Position numbers and translations under genes: made by a program. A stretch of 64,000 bases of DNA, from positions 1,056,001 through 1,120,000 of the forward strand of contig CAWFOU010000001.1 in the NCBI GenBank assembly GCA_963817525.1. The letters are read 5' to 3'. The notes below the pieces were generated by a model. That model did not search any database, was not told the DNA's origin, and saw nothing but the letters and a program-made list of their open reading frames with translations. The stretch comes from an uncultured archaeon. GTDB lineage: Archaea; Thermoproteota; Nitrososphaeria; Nitrososphaerales; Gagatemarchaeaceae. Positions 55,806 through 64,000 of the stretch are shown here, piece after piece; position 1 is the first letter of the stretch; the number at the start of each line of letters is the position of its first letter.

Positions 55806-57027
55806 CTTTCCCGCCGCCCCCGGCGCCCGCCCTTCGTGCCTCCTCAGCGCCGACCGCGTCGCCCAGAAGCTTGACGGCCTTCTTGATCTGAGCCTCGGTG
55901 ATGACCAGCGGCGGGAGCATCCGGATGATCGTCCGGCCCGAGTACGTGAAGATCACGCCGCGCGCCATCGAGTCGTTGAGGACGTCGGGCATGTCCACCC
56001 GCATCTCGTAGGCGAGCATCAGGCCCATGCCCCTCGACTCCCTGGTGAGCTTGTGCTCGGCCCCCATCTTCTTGAGCAGGTCTAGGTAGAGCCTCCCCTT
56101 CCTCTTGGCCTGTCCGGGGAGGTCGTTCTTCACGATGTGGTTGAGCGTCGCGGTGCCCGCCGCACAGGCGAGCGGGTTCCCCCCGAAGGTGCTGGTCGCC
56201 TCGCCCTTCTTCAGCGAGTCGAGTATCTCCGCGCTGGTAACGGTGGCGCCTATCGGCACCCCGCCTCCGAGCCCCTTGGCCAACGTCATCACGTCGGGGA
56301 CTACGCCCCAGTTCTCCATCGCCCAGAGCTTGCCCGTCCGGCCTAGGCCGGTCTGGATCTCGTCCGCGATGAGCAGCACCCCCTTCTTGTCGCAGATCTC
56401 GCGCACACCCTTGAAGAAGCCTTCCGGCGGGAGCATTATCCCTCCCTCGCCCTGGATCGGCTCGAGTATCACGGCGCCGACGTCGGAGTCCACCTCCCTC
56501 TCCACGGCGGCGAGGTCGCCAAGCTCTACGTGCTTCACCCCCTCGAGGAGCGGCTCGAAGGGCTCCTTGTACTTCCTGCTCCACGTGGCCGAGAGCGCAC
56601 CCGCCGTCTTGCCGTGGTACGCGCCCTTCATCGCGACTAGGCCCTTCTTCCCGGTCACCTTCCTGGCGAGCTTGAGCGCGACTTCGACGGCCTCCGCGCC
56701 GCTATTGGAGAGGAAGGCCGCGTCAAGCCCCTTTGGCGAGTAGTTGGTGAGCGTCTCGAGGAACTCTGCCCTCGCGTCGTTGTAGAGCGAGCCGTGGCAT
56801 ATTATTAGCTTCCCGGCCTGCCGCTTTATCGCGGCGACCACCGCCGTGTTCGAGTGGCCGACGATGGCCACCCCGTATCCGCCCATGCTGTCGATGTACT
56901 CCTTCCCCTTGTCGTCCCACACCAGCGCCCCCTTCCCCCTGACTATGGCGATTGGGAACTTCTGGTAGGTGTGAGGGCCGTGGGCGTCCTCCGTCGCGAT
57001 TATGTCGAGCTTCTTCTTTGTTGCCAA
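55792..57027 (-). CDS. lysJ: [LysW]-semialdehyde transaminase (class III)
   Basis: SNSGAEAVE, EPIQGEGG, DEIQTG, AKGLGGG, TFGGNP. Confidence 0.92.
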   Translation of the reverse strand: MATKKKLDIIATEDAHGPHTYQKFPIAIVRGKGALVWDDKGKEYIDSMGGYGVAIVGHSNTAVVAAIKRQAGKLIICHGSLYNDARAEFLETLTNYSPKGLDAAFLSNSGAEAVEVALKLARKVTGKKGLVAMKGAYHGKTAGALSATWSRKYKEPFEPLLEGVKHVELGDLAAVEREVDSDVGAVILEPIQGEGGIMLPPEGFFKGVREICDKKGVLLIADEIQTGLGRTGKLWAMENWGVVPDVMTLAKGLGGGVPIGATVTSAEILDSLKKGEATSTFGGNPLACAAGTATLNHIVKNDLPGQAKRKGRLYLDLLKKMGAEHKLTRESRGMGLMLAYEMRVDMPDVLNDSMARGVIFTYSGRTIIRMLPPLVITEAQIKKAVKLLGDAVGAEEARRAGAGGGGKDGQD

Positions 57028-57036
57028 TTTCGACCA

Positions 57037-57846
57037 CTATGCGTTTGACATGACCGTGCACCCGTTGTGCATGAGGGCGTTGGTCAGGGGCTCTGGACCG
57101 AACCCCGAGGCGATTATCGCCTCCCCCACGCCGGCCTCGACGGCCTCGACGCCCGCGAGTATCTTCTTCTGCATCCCGAAGCCCGTCTTGGGCAGGAGCC
57201 CGCGCGCCTCCTCGGTGGTGAGCCTCTCGACGACCTTCCCGTCCATCAGGAAGCCCTTGACATCGGTGAGGAAGATGACCGAGTTGGCGTGGATCCCCAT
57301 GGCCATGAACGCGGCCGCCCTGTCGGAGTCCACGTTGAGCGGCTCGGCCTCCTCCCCCATCGCGACTGGGGAGACTACCGGGACTACCCCCAGCTCCAGG
57401 AGCGCGTCAATCACGGGGCCGCCCGCCGACTGCATCTTGCCCGTGTAGCCCCCCTCTATGGCCACCTTCCTCCCTCGTTCGTCGACTATGAGCAGCTTCT
57501 TCTTCCGCGTGGCACGGAGGACCCCCCCGTCGAGCCCGGAGAGCGAGACCGCGGTTATCCCTCCACGCTCAAGGAGCTCCACGAGCTTCTTCGCGATCAT
57601 GCCGCACATCACCATTGTGAATATCTCGACCGTCGCCCTGTCCGTGTACCTGCTCTTCATCCCGTCCGGGGAGACGACGAAGCGCTGCTCCTTGCCCAGC
57701 TTCGTGGCCACCTCGGTCACTACGTCCCCTCCCCCGTGGACGAGGATTACCTGGTTTGTCTGGACCAGCTTCTTCAGGTCGGCCATGAAGTCGGGCGGTA
57801 TCTCTCCCTTGACGATGTCGCCCCCCAGCTTCACTACTGTCCTCAT
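57037..57846 (-). CDS. lysZ: [LysW]-aminoadipate/glutamate kinase
   Basis: VKLGG, VHGGG, SRYT, GGYTGK, NVDSD, GMQKK. Confidence 0.92.
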   Translation of the reverse strand: MRTVVKLGGDIVKGEIPPDFMADLKKLVQTNQVILVHGGGDVVTEVATKLGKEQRFVVSPDGMKSRYTDRATVEIFTMVMCGMIAKKLVELLERGGITAVSLSGLDGGVLRATRKKKLLIVDERGRKVAIEGGYTGKMQSAGGPVIDALLELGVVPVVSPVAMGEEAEPLNVDSDRAAAFMAMGIHANSVIFLTDVKGFLMDGKVVERLTTEEARGLLPKTGFGMQKKILAGVEAVEAGVGEAIIASGFGPEPLTNALMHNGCTVMSNA

Positions 57847-57850
57847 CGGC

Positions 57851-58912
57851 CTACACCGGGTGGAGCGGGGCCGCCGCTATCCCCTGCTTCTCATCCAGCC
57901 CTAGCATCAGGTTCATCACCTGGACCGCGTTCCCCGCAGCTCCTTTCAGGAGGTTGTCGATGGCCCCGAGCGCCACTATCCTGTGGCCCCTCTCGTCTAT
58001 CTCGAAGCCCACGTCGCAGAAGTTCGACCCTATGACGACCTTGGGGTCGGGGAGGCGGTACGGCCCTCCCTTGTCCTTGACCATGCGGATGAAAGGCTGG
58101 CCGTTGTAGAGCGAGCGATACATCTTCCACACGGTCGAGTTCTGGACGTCGCCCTCGTAGAAGACGTGGCAGGTGGAGAGTATCCCCCGGACCATGTTGA
58201 TGGCGTGCGCTGACATCGAGACTGTCACCTTCGCCCCCGAGAGCCCGCTCATGACCTGCTCTATCTCCCCGCTGTGCCTGTGCCCCACCGGCTTGTAGGG
58301 CCTGACGACGCCGTACCTCTCCGAGAAGTGGGTCGCGAGCGAGGGCTTGCCTCCCGACCCCGACGAGGCTATCTTGGCGTCGACCACCACGTGGTCGATG
58401 TCGATCTTCACCTCCCGCTGCTTGAAGAGGGGTGCTAGCGCTAGGATCGAGGTGATGGCCATGCACCCTGGGGAGGACGTGAGGCTGGCCCCCTTGATCT
58501 CCTCTTTGTTGATCTCCGGGACGGCGTAGACGAACTTCTCCAGCATCTCTGGGGCCGGGTGCTTGAAGCCGTACCAGGTCTCATAGTCCGTGGGGTTCTT
58601 GAGGCGAAAGTCCGCGCTCAGGTCGACCACCTTCACCCCGGTCTTGATGAGGTCGGGAAGGAACTTCATCGCCTCCCCGTGCGGGAGTGCGGTGAAGATC
58701 AGGTCTGCCCCTCCCTGGACCTTAGAGAGGTCGTTGCCCACGAACTGCATGTCCGTGACGCCCCTCAGGTTCGGGTGGACCCGGAAGAGGTACTCGCCAG
58801 CGTATCTCCGGGAGCTCGCGAATGCGAGCTCGACCCCCCCGTGGCCTAGGAGGAGCCGGAGGAGCTCCCCGCCCGCGTATCCAGAGGCCCCCAGCACGCC
58901 TACCCTGACCAC
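57851..58912 (-). CDS. argC: [LysW]-phosphate reductase (ArgC/LysY)
   Basis: GASGYAGGE, ALPH, DLSADFR, PGC, HRH, IDNLLKGAAG. Confidence 0.93.
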   Translation of the reverse strand: MVRVGVLGASGYAGGELLRLLLGHGGVELAFASSRRYAGEYLFRVHPNLRGVTDMQFVGNDLSKVQGGADLIFTALPHGEAMKFLPDLIKTGVKVVDLSADFRLKNPTDYETWYGFKHPAPEMLEKFVYAVPEINKEEIKGASLTSSPGCMAITSILALAPLFKQREVKIDIDHVVVDAKIASSGSGGKPSLATHFSERYGVVRPYKPVGHRHSGEIEQVMSGLSGAKVTVSMSAHAINMVRGILSTCHVFYEGDVQNSTVWKMYRSLYNGQPFIRMVKDKGGPYRLPDPKVVIGSNFCDVGFEIDERGHRIVALGAIDNLLKGAAGNAVQVMNLMLGLDEKQGIAAAPLHPV

Positions 58913-59769
58913 TAGTGCTTCGCCTCCCGTATCACATAGTCCACTATCTTTCTGGCGATCCTGTCCTCCGTGGACGCCTGCGCCCCCTTGAACTCGACGG
59001 TGTTGTTGACCTCGTGGATGGTGTAGCCGTGGTCCTTAGTCTCCATCGCGTCGACCCCCAGTATGCCCCCTCCGACCGCCTTCGCGGCCTTGAGGGTGAT
59101 GTCCTCGATCTCCTTGTTCAGCTTGAACGCCGTCGTGGTCCCGCCCCTGGCCACGTTGGTCCGCCACTCCCCCTTGGGGGCGTTCCGATATACTGAGGCG
59201 ATGACCTCGTCCCCGGCCACGATCAGCCTGATGTCTCGTGGAGGCCTCTTGACGAACTCCTGGATGTAGTACATGTGCTCGACTGGGCTCTGCATGGACT
59301 CCCGGTACTCCACTATCGTCCCCAGGGTCTGGGGCTCCTTGGCGATGTCCACCATCCGCCCCCAGCTCCCCGTGAACGGCTTGATCACCACGGGGTAGCC
59401 CACCTTCTCGGCGGTCTCGAAGACGGACTCGGCGTCTAGCGCGACGTAGGTCTTCGGGGTAGGGACTCCCGCCTTGGCCAACAGCATGGAAGTGACCAGC
59501 TTGTTGCCGCAAGCCTCCGAGACCTTCGTGGAGTTAATCACGTGGATCCCGAAGTTCTCGAGTATCCGGGCGAGGAATATTGACCGGTAGTAGCTTATGC
59601 AGCGCTGGAGCACTACGTCGCCGAAGCCGTTGTTGATCTTCTTGCCGGTGACGTTGAATGAGAGCTTTCTCACGTCGATGAGCTCAGACTTGCATCCGGC
59701 CTTCAAGGCCTCCTTCTGCAGCTCCTTCTCCTCGAGGCGCAGCCTGTCGAAGGTTATGGCGAGCTTCAA
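58912..59769 (-). CDS. LysX/ArgX-family LysW ligase (probably the arginine-branch paralog)
   Basis: FDRLRLEEK, QRCISY, GSWGR, WRTNVARGG; follows argH and a second lysW. Confidence 0.85.
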   Translation of the reverse strand: MKLAITFDRLRLEEKELQKEALKAGCKSELIDVRKLSFNVTGKKINNGFGDVVLQRCISYYRSIFLARILENFGIHVINSTKVSEACGNKLVTSMLLAKAGVPTPKTYVALDAESVFETAEKVGYPVVIKPFTGSWGRMVDIAKEPQTLGTIVEYRESMQSPVEHMYYIQEFVKRPPRDIRLIVAGDEVIASVYRNAPKGEWRTNVARGGTTTAFKLNKEIEDITLKAAKAVGGGILGVDAMETKDHGYTIHEVNNTVEFKGAQASTEDRIARKIVDYVIREAKH

Positions 59770-59775
59770 TGGAAT

Positions 59776-59949
59776 CTACTCGCCCCAGTCTTCCTCGGCG
59801 ACCTCTGCAGGTTTGAGCTTGACGACGCCCTTGGATATCGACTCCACTTCGTAGTCTGATCCGCACTCCTTGCACTTCACTATCTCTCCTACTATTGCGT
59901 CGTCTGGGACGTTGATGTCCGCATCGCACTCTTCGCACTTTGTCTTCAG
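59776..59949 (-). CDS. lysW: Second LysW/ArgW carrier protein (57 aa), not in ORF track
   Basis: CTG-KTKCEECDADINVPDDAIVGEIVKCKECGSDYEV...EEDWGE-TAG; GAGGTGA RBS. Confidence 0.92.
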   Translation of the reverse strand: MKTKCEECDADINVPDDAIVGEIVKCKECGSDYEVESISKGVVKLKPAEVAEEDWGE

Positions 59950-61449
59950 CTAGCTTCTCACCTCTCGTTTCAGATAGGGGCGCACTTCGCCGCGGAGGCT
60001 GGTAGTTGATTCATTGAGCTTGTTCTCTTTCTCTTTGAGCCAATTGTGTAGTGTTTGTATGTCTTTCTTGTCCTGCACCATCTGTCGCGTCGTGAACTTT
60101 GGGTTCGCTCCGCCGGCGCTTCCGATAAGCGTCAGGGTTTTGAGTGCATCGAGAACCGCCCGGAGACGGGCCTTATCAATCTTTATCGCCCGGCCCGTGA
60201 TTTTCTTGGAGACACCTTCGAGAGACTGCTCGGCGGCCTGCTCGAGGCTCATGTCCTTCTCGAGCGCGACGCGCACGATCTCTCCCACTATCTGGTGCGC
60301 CTGGCGGAAGGGGACCCCGTGGGCGCGTACGAGCTCGTTGGCCAGCTCTGTCGCGGTGGACATGTCGCCCTTGAAGGCCTCCTTCAGCACGTCCGCTCTG
60401 AACTTCGCGGTCGAGAGCATCCCCGCCATGTGGGAGACCGAGGACGTGGCGTCGTCGAGCGCGCGCCAAAGGTGCGGGGTCATCTCCTGGAGGTCGAGGT
60501 TGTAGGCGTTGGGCAGGCCCTTCGCGATGGTGAACGCCGCGGTCGCCTCGCCTATGACCGACCCTGACTTTGCGCGGATCGTCTCGGCGACGACCGGGTT
60601 CTTCTTCTGGGGCATTATGCTGCTCGTGGCTGAGTACTCGTCCCCGAGCTCGACGAAGCCGAACTCGGTCGAGCTCCACAGGATGAGCTCCTCAGCGATC
60701 TTGCTCAGGTCGACCATGAGGATCTCCAAGACCGCGAGGGTCTCCAGGAGGAAGCTCCGCGATGAGACAGCGAACATGGAGTTCTTGATGAGGCCGTCGA
60801 ACCCGAGAAGGGTCGCGACAGAGGCCCTGTCCACCTTTACCGAGGTCCCCACGAGGGCGGCGGCGCCCATGGGAGAGAGGTTCACGCGCCCGTAGAGCTG
60901 CTCGAGGCGCTCCGCGTCCTCGGAGAGGGCCTCGAAGTGCGACTGCATGTGGTGGGCGACCGTCGTCGGCTGGGCGCGCTGGAGGTGAGTGTACCCGGGG
61001 AGAGGCAGCTGGCCGTAGCGGGCCATTACCCGCACCAGCGAGGCCTGCAGGCCCTTCACCTCCCGCAGCATCCGGAGCACGCCGTCGCGGGTCTCCATGC
61101 GGAGTGCGGTCGCGACCTGGTCGTTCCTGCTCTTCCCCAGGTTGAGGTAGCCCGCGGCCTCCATCCCGATCGAGGCTATGGCCTCCTGCTCGAGCCAGTG
61201 GTGGACGTCCTCCGTCGAGGGGTCGACCTTCATGCGGCCAGGGAGGCGGTCGAGGAAGAGCAGGCAGGCGGCGCCCTCCTCCTTCCCCACCTCACCCGAG
61301 CGGACGAGGGAGAGCATGTGAGCCTTGTTGATCTCCACGACGTGCCGGCTCAGCGGGCCATCGAAGCCGACCGAGGAGGTGAAGGCGTTGGCCTTCTTGC
61401 TAGACCGCTTTACCCTGCTTCCTCTCAGTATGTTGCTCACGCTTTGCAC
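59950..61449 (-). CDS. argH: Argininosuccinate lyase
   Basis: GKSRNDQ, PGYTHLQRAQP, SSIMPQKKNP, YNLDLQE, PFRQAH. Confidence 0.95.
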   Translation of the reverse strand: MQSVSNILRGSRVKRSSKKANAFTSSVGFDGPLSRHVVEINKAHMLSLVRSGEVGKEEGAACLLFLDRLPGRMKVDPSTEDVHHWLEQEAIASIGMEAAGYLNLGKSRNDQVATALRMETRDGVLRMLREVKGLQASLVRVMARYGQLPLPGYTHLQRAQPTTVAHHMQSHFEALSEDAERLEQLYGRVNLSPMGAAALVGTSVKVDRASVATLLGFDGLIKNSMFAVSSRSFLLETLAVLEILMVDLSKIAEELILWSSTEFGFVELGDEYSATSSIMPQKKNPVVAETIRAKSGSVIGEATAAFTIAKGLPNAYNLDLQEMTPHLWRALDDATSSVSHMAGMLSTAKFRADVLKEAFKGDMSTATELANELVRAHGVPFRQAHQIVGEIVRVALEKDMSLEQAAEQSLEGVSKKITGRAIKIDKARLRAVLDALKTLTLIGSAGGANPKFTTRQMVQDKKDIQTLHNWLKEKENKLNESTTSLRGEVRPYLKREVRS

Positions 61450-62653
61450 TCCCCTTGCCGCCCTTCGATGAGATCGCGTTGGCCGCTGTGCGAGATTGAA
61501 GGCCCCAGAGCTCGATGAACCCCACCGCGGAGTTCTGGTCGAAGGTCGACCCGCTCGAGTAGGTCGAGAGCTTCAGCCGGTAGAGGGAGTTCGGCGACGA
61601 CCTTCCCACCACCCTCATCCCGCCCTTGTGGAACTTGAGCCTCACCTTTCCCGAGACCCTCCCCTGGGTGGTCTCGATGAAGCTGTCGAGGTCGAACCTG
61701 AGGGGCTCCATCCAGAGCCCTGAGTAGACGAGCCACGACCACTCACGCTCTACCGAGGCCTTGAACGCGAGCTCGTTCCTCGTTAGCACCAGCTGCTCGA
61801 GGTCCCTGTGTGCCTCGATTATGGCCAGGGCGCCAGGGCACTCGTATACCTCGCGCGACTTTATCCCGACGAGGCGGTCCTCTATGTGGTCGACGATCCC
61901 GAAGGCGTGCTTCCCGGCGAACTCGTTGACCTGGCGTATCAGCTCGATGCCGTCCAGCTTGCGCCCCCCCAGCGAGACGGGGACCCCTCCTTCGAAGCCT
62001 ACCTCCAGGTAGCCGGGCGAGTCCGGCGACTCGTCGACCGGGGCGACCCACTCGAAGGCCTCGGCGGGAGGCTCGGAGTCGGGGTCCTCGAGAGGCCCGC
62101 TCTCGATGGACCTCCCCCAGAGGTTCTGGTCGGTGCTGAAGACCGACTTTTTCGGCTTGATGTTTATCCCGTGCTCCTTGGCGTACTCCATCTCCTTGTC
62201 CCGGCTCATGTTCCATTCCCGGACGGGCGCGATCACCTTGATGTCCGGGTTGAGGGAGCGCACAGTGACGTCCATCCTCACCTGGTCGTTCCCCTTCCCG
62301 GTGCACCCGTGGGCGACAGCGTACGCGCCCTCCCTCTCGGCCACCTCGACGAGCATCGTCGCTATGAGCGGCCGCCCGAGAGCGGTCGCTAGCGGGTACT
62401 TCCCCTGATACATCCCGTTGGCCTTTACCGAGGGGTAGACGTAGTCCGTCACGAACTCCTCCCTCGCGTCCATCTGGAAGTGCTTGATGGCGCCGGTGGA
62501 GTACGCCCTCTCCGCTATCTCCCGGAAGTCCTCGCGCTGGCCAAGGTTGAGCGTGAGCGTGATCACGTCGGCGTCGAACTTCTCCTGTAGCCACTTTATC
62601 GAGACGGAGGTGTCCAGCCCGCCCGAATAGGCCAACACTATCTTCTGCTTCAA
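61400..62653 (-). CDS. argG: Argininosuccinate synthase
   Basis: AYSGGLDTS, HGCTGKGNDQVR, DQNLWG, KSREVYE; start TTG 62653. Confidence 0.96.
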   Translation of the reverse strand: MKQKIVLAYSGGLDTSVSIKWLQEKFDADVITLTLNLGQREDFREIAERAYSTGAIKHFQMDAREEFVTDYVYPSVKANGMYQGKYPLATALGRPLIATMLVEVAEREGAYAVAHGCTGKGNDQVRMDVTVRSLNPDIKVIAPVREWNMSRDKEMEYAKEHGINIKPKKSVFSTDQNLWGRSIESGPLEDPDSEPPAEAFEWVAPVDESPDSPGYLEVGFEGGVPVSLGGRKLDGIELIRQVNEFAGKHAFGIVDHIEDRLVGIKSREVYECPGALAIIEAHRDLEQLVLTRNELAFKASVEREWSWLVYSGLWMEPLRFDLDSFIETTQGRVSGKVRLKFHKGGMRVVGRSSPNSLYRLKLSTYSSGSTFDQNSAVGFIELWGLQSRTAANAISSKGGKGSAKREQHTERKQGKAV

Positions 62654-62693
62654 TCGCGATTTTCCGACCCGACCTGAAATCCTTTTATAGATT

Positions 62694-63422
62694 TTGGCCA
62701 GCAACGTCCCAAAACAGGAGGCTTTTGACACGAAATCGGTCAACCCGGGTGCTATAATCGACGCGGTGAGGGAGGAGATCAGCTACGACCTCTCCATACA
62801 GGACGCCCTCGCCAGGGACTACGCTAACATCAGCGCCATCTCAAGGATGCTCCGGCCCAGGATCAAGGAAAGGCTGGGGAGGGACGTCAACTCGGAGAGC
62901 ATAATCACCTCCCTCAAGAGGCTCAAGGGGTCCTACTCTCCGGCCTCGGGCGAGATCAGGTCGATAATCGCCGAGAGCGTGGTGAACGTTAGGACGAACG
63001 TCTCCAAGATCTCTGTGGAGAAGACGAGGAAGACCCTCGAGGCTGTCAGCTCCCTCATAGCGAGCCACCAGCAGGACTTCCTCCACGTCTCGGAGAGCAT
63101 ATCCAACATCACGCTCATCTTCGACCAGAAGCTGCACAAGAAGGTCCGGAGCAAGCTCGGCGACGCCGCTATCCTCGAGGAAGGGGACGACTACGCCGCG
63201 ATAATCGTCCAGAGCCCCGTCGAGATAACGAACACGCCAGGATGCCTCATCAACTTCTACAACCAGATCGCGCGGAGGCACGTCAACATAGAGGACACCG
63301 TGAGCTGCCACACCGACACAATCATAGTAGTGAAGATGAAGGAGGTCGGCAAGGCGTTCACCTCCCTGACCGACCTCATCTCCGAGGAGAGGAAGAGGAT
63401 AGAGACTAGCGGGCGAGCGTGA
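62694..63422 (+). CDS. ACT-domain protein, probable regulator
   Basis: YANISAISR N-terminus; TPGCL..NIEDTVSCHTD ACT domain; divergent from argG. Confidence 0.75.
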   Translation: MASNVPKQEAFDTKSVNPGAIIDAVREEISYDLSIQDALARDYANISAISRMLRPRIKERLGRDVNSESIITSLKRLKGSYSPASGEIRSIIAESVVNVRTNVSKISVEKTRKTLEAVSSLIASHQQDFLHVSESISNITLIFDQKLHKKVRSKLGDAAILEEGDDYAAIIVQSPVEITNTPGCLINFYNQIARRHVNIEDTVSCHTDTIIVVKMKEVGKAFTSLTDLISEERKRIETSGRA

Positions 63423-63518
63423 CTTTGGTATTCGGCCACGATTTCGCCGCGATGCTCTGAATCTGGTCAAAGAGTTTAAAAAAGGAACGGGCGGAACTTT
63501 TCTTCTTTAAGAGACGTG

Positions 63519-64000
63519 ATGGAAAAGCCCGAGGGCAGCAGGCCCGCAGTTCTGCTTCTGGAGGACGGGACCCTTATCCTCGGGAAGGGCTTCGGGGCCG
63601 AGGCCACCGTGGTCGGGGAGCTCGTCTTCAACACCGGGATGGTGGGCTATCCCGAGTCCATGACCGACCCATCGTACGCCGGCCAGATCCTTTGCTTCAC
63701 CTACCCCCTGATTGGGAACTACGGCGTCCCCTCGGCCCAGGAGAGGGACGTCTTCGGGCTGCCCAGGTACTTCGAGTCGGGCGGCATCAAGGTCACGGGC
63801 CTGGTGGTCCAGGAGCAGTGCGAAAGGCCCAGCCACTGGGCGTCGGTCCAGACCCTCTCGAGATGGATGGCAGACCAGGGCGTCCCAGGGATAGAGGGGG
63901 TCGACACGCGCGCCCTGGTCTCGACGATAAGGGAGCGGGGCGTGATGATGTGCGCCCTGGCGAACGGTCCGGACGTGGCGAACAGGCGGGAGCTGAGGAG
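63519..64000 (+). CDS. carA: Carbamoyl-phosphate synthase small subunit (truncated by window end)
   Basis: LLLEDG, GELVFNTGMVGYPESMTDPSYAGQILCFTYPLIGNYG, GIEGVDTRAL. Confidence 0.95.
   Translation, partial: MEKPEGSRPAVLLLEDGTLILGKGFGAEATVVGELVFNTGMVGYPESMTDPSYAGQILCFTYPLIGNYGVPSAQERDVFGLPRYFESGGIKVTGLVVQEQCERPSHWASVQTLSRWMADQGVPGIEGVDTRALVSTIRERGVMMCALANGPDVANRRELR

Noticed and set aside
1-64000. CRISPR array, tRNA or rRNA genes
   Set aside because: No regularly spaced repeats, cloverleaf/T-loop signatures or rRNA motifs seen by eye.

Overview
GC-rich archaeal chromosomal segment. Gene content and order point to Nitrososphaerota/Thaumarchaeota, probably a heterotrophic lineage; this is inferred from the Dph5-DUF357 fusion, short eL15, two lysW/lysX pairs in the arg-lys cluster and a beta-oxidation cluster. 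Most of the window is housekeeping: flavin salvage (ribL, ribK), fen, ef1b, GGR, pth2, truD, eL15, a kae1-bud32-rdgB-uS15-DHH-pcc1-serS-eS1 operon, an SCP2/DUF35/thiolase/ACAD/HCDH-ECH cluster, Lsm, sepF, aCPSF1, two proteasome beta genes, egsA, FKBP, nadM, rtcA, rpiA, ferredoxin, intein-containing rtcB with archease, lplA, ilvA, the LysW-dependent arg/lys operon and the start of carA. No rRNA, tRNA or CRISPR array was seen. The main unexplained signal is a dispersed family of related non-coding ends. One copy forms a 257-bp GTT...AAC element with terminal inverted repeats and a perfect 7-bp flanking direct repeat (7566-7822). Two loci about 31 kb apart (11768-12454 and 42547-42992) share a ~62-bp left end and a 47-bp promoter-bearing right end but enclose unrelated secreted/membrane cargo genes, which looks like a single-gene cargo-cassette system. 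Also notable: a free-standing HTH-LAGLIDADG gene broken by two exact 7- and 8-bp tandem duplications, apparent intein co-conversion tracts in rtcB, recurrent CTG (and possibly ACG) start codons, and several small ORFs missed by the ORF track. All functional calls come from motif recognition by eye; no searches were run.
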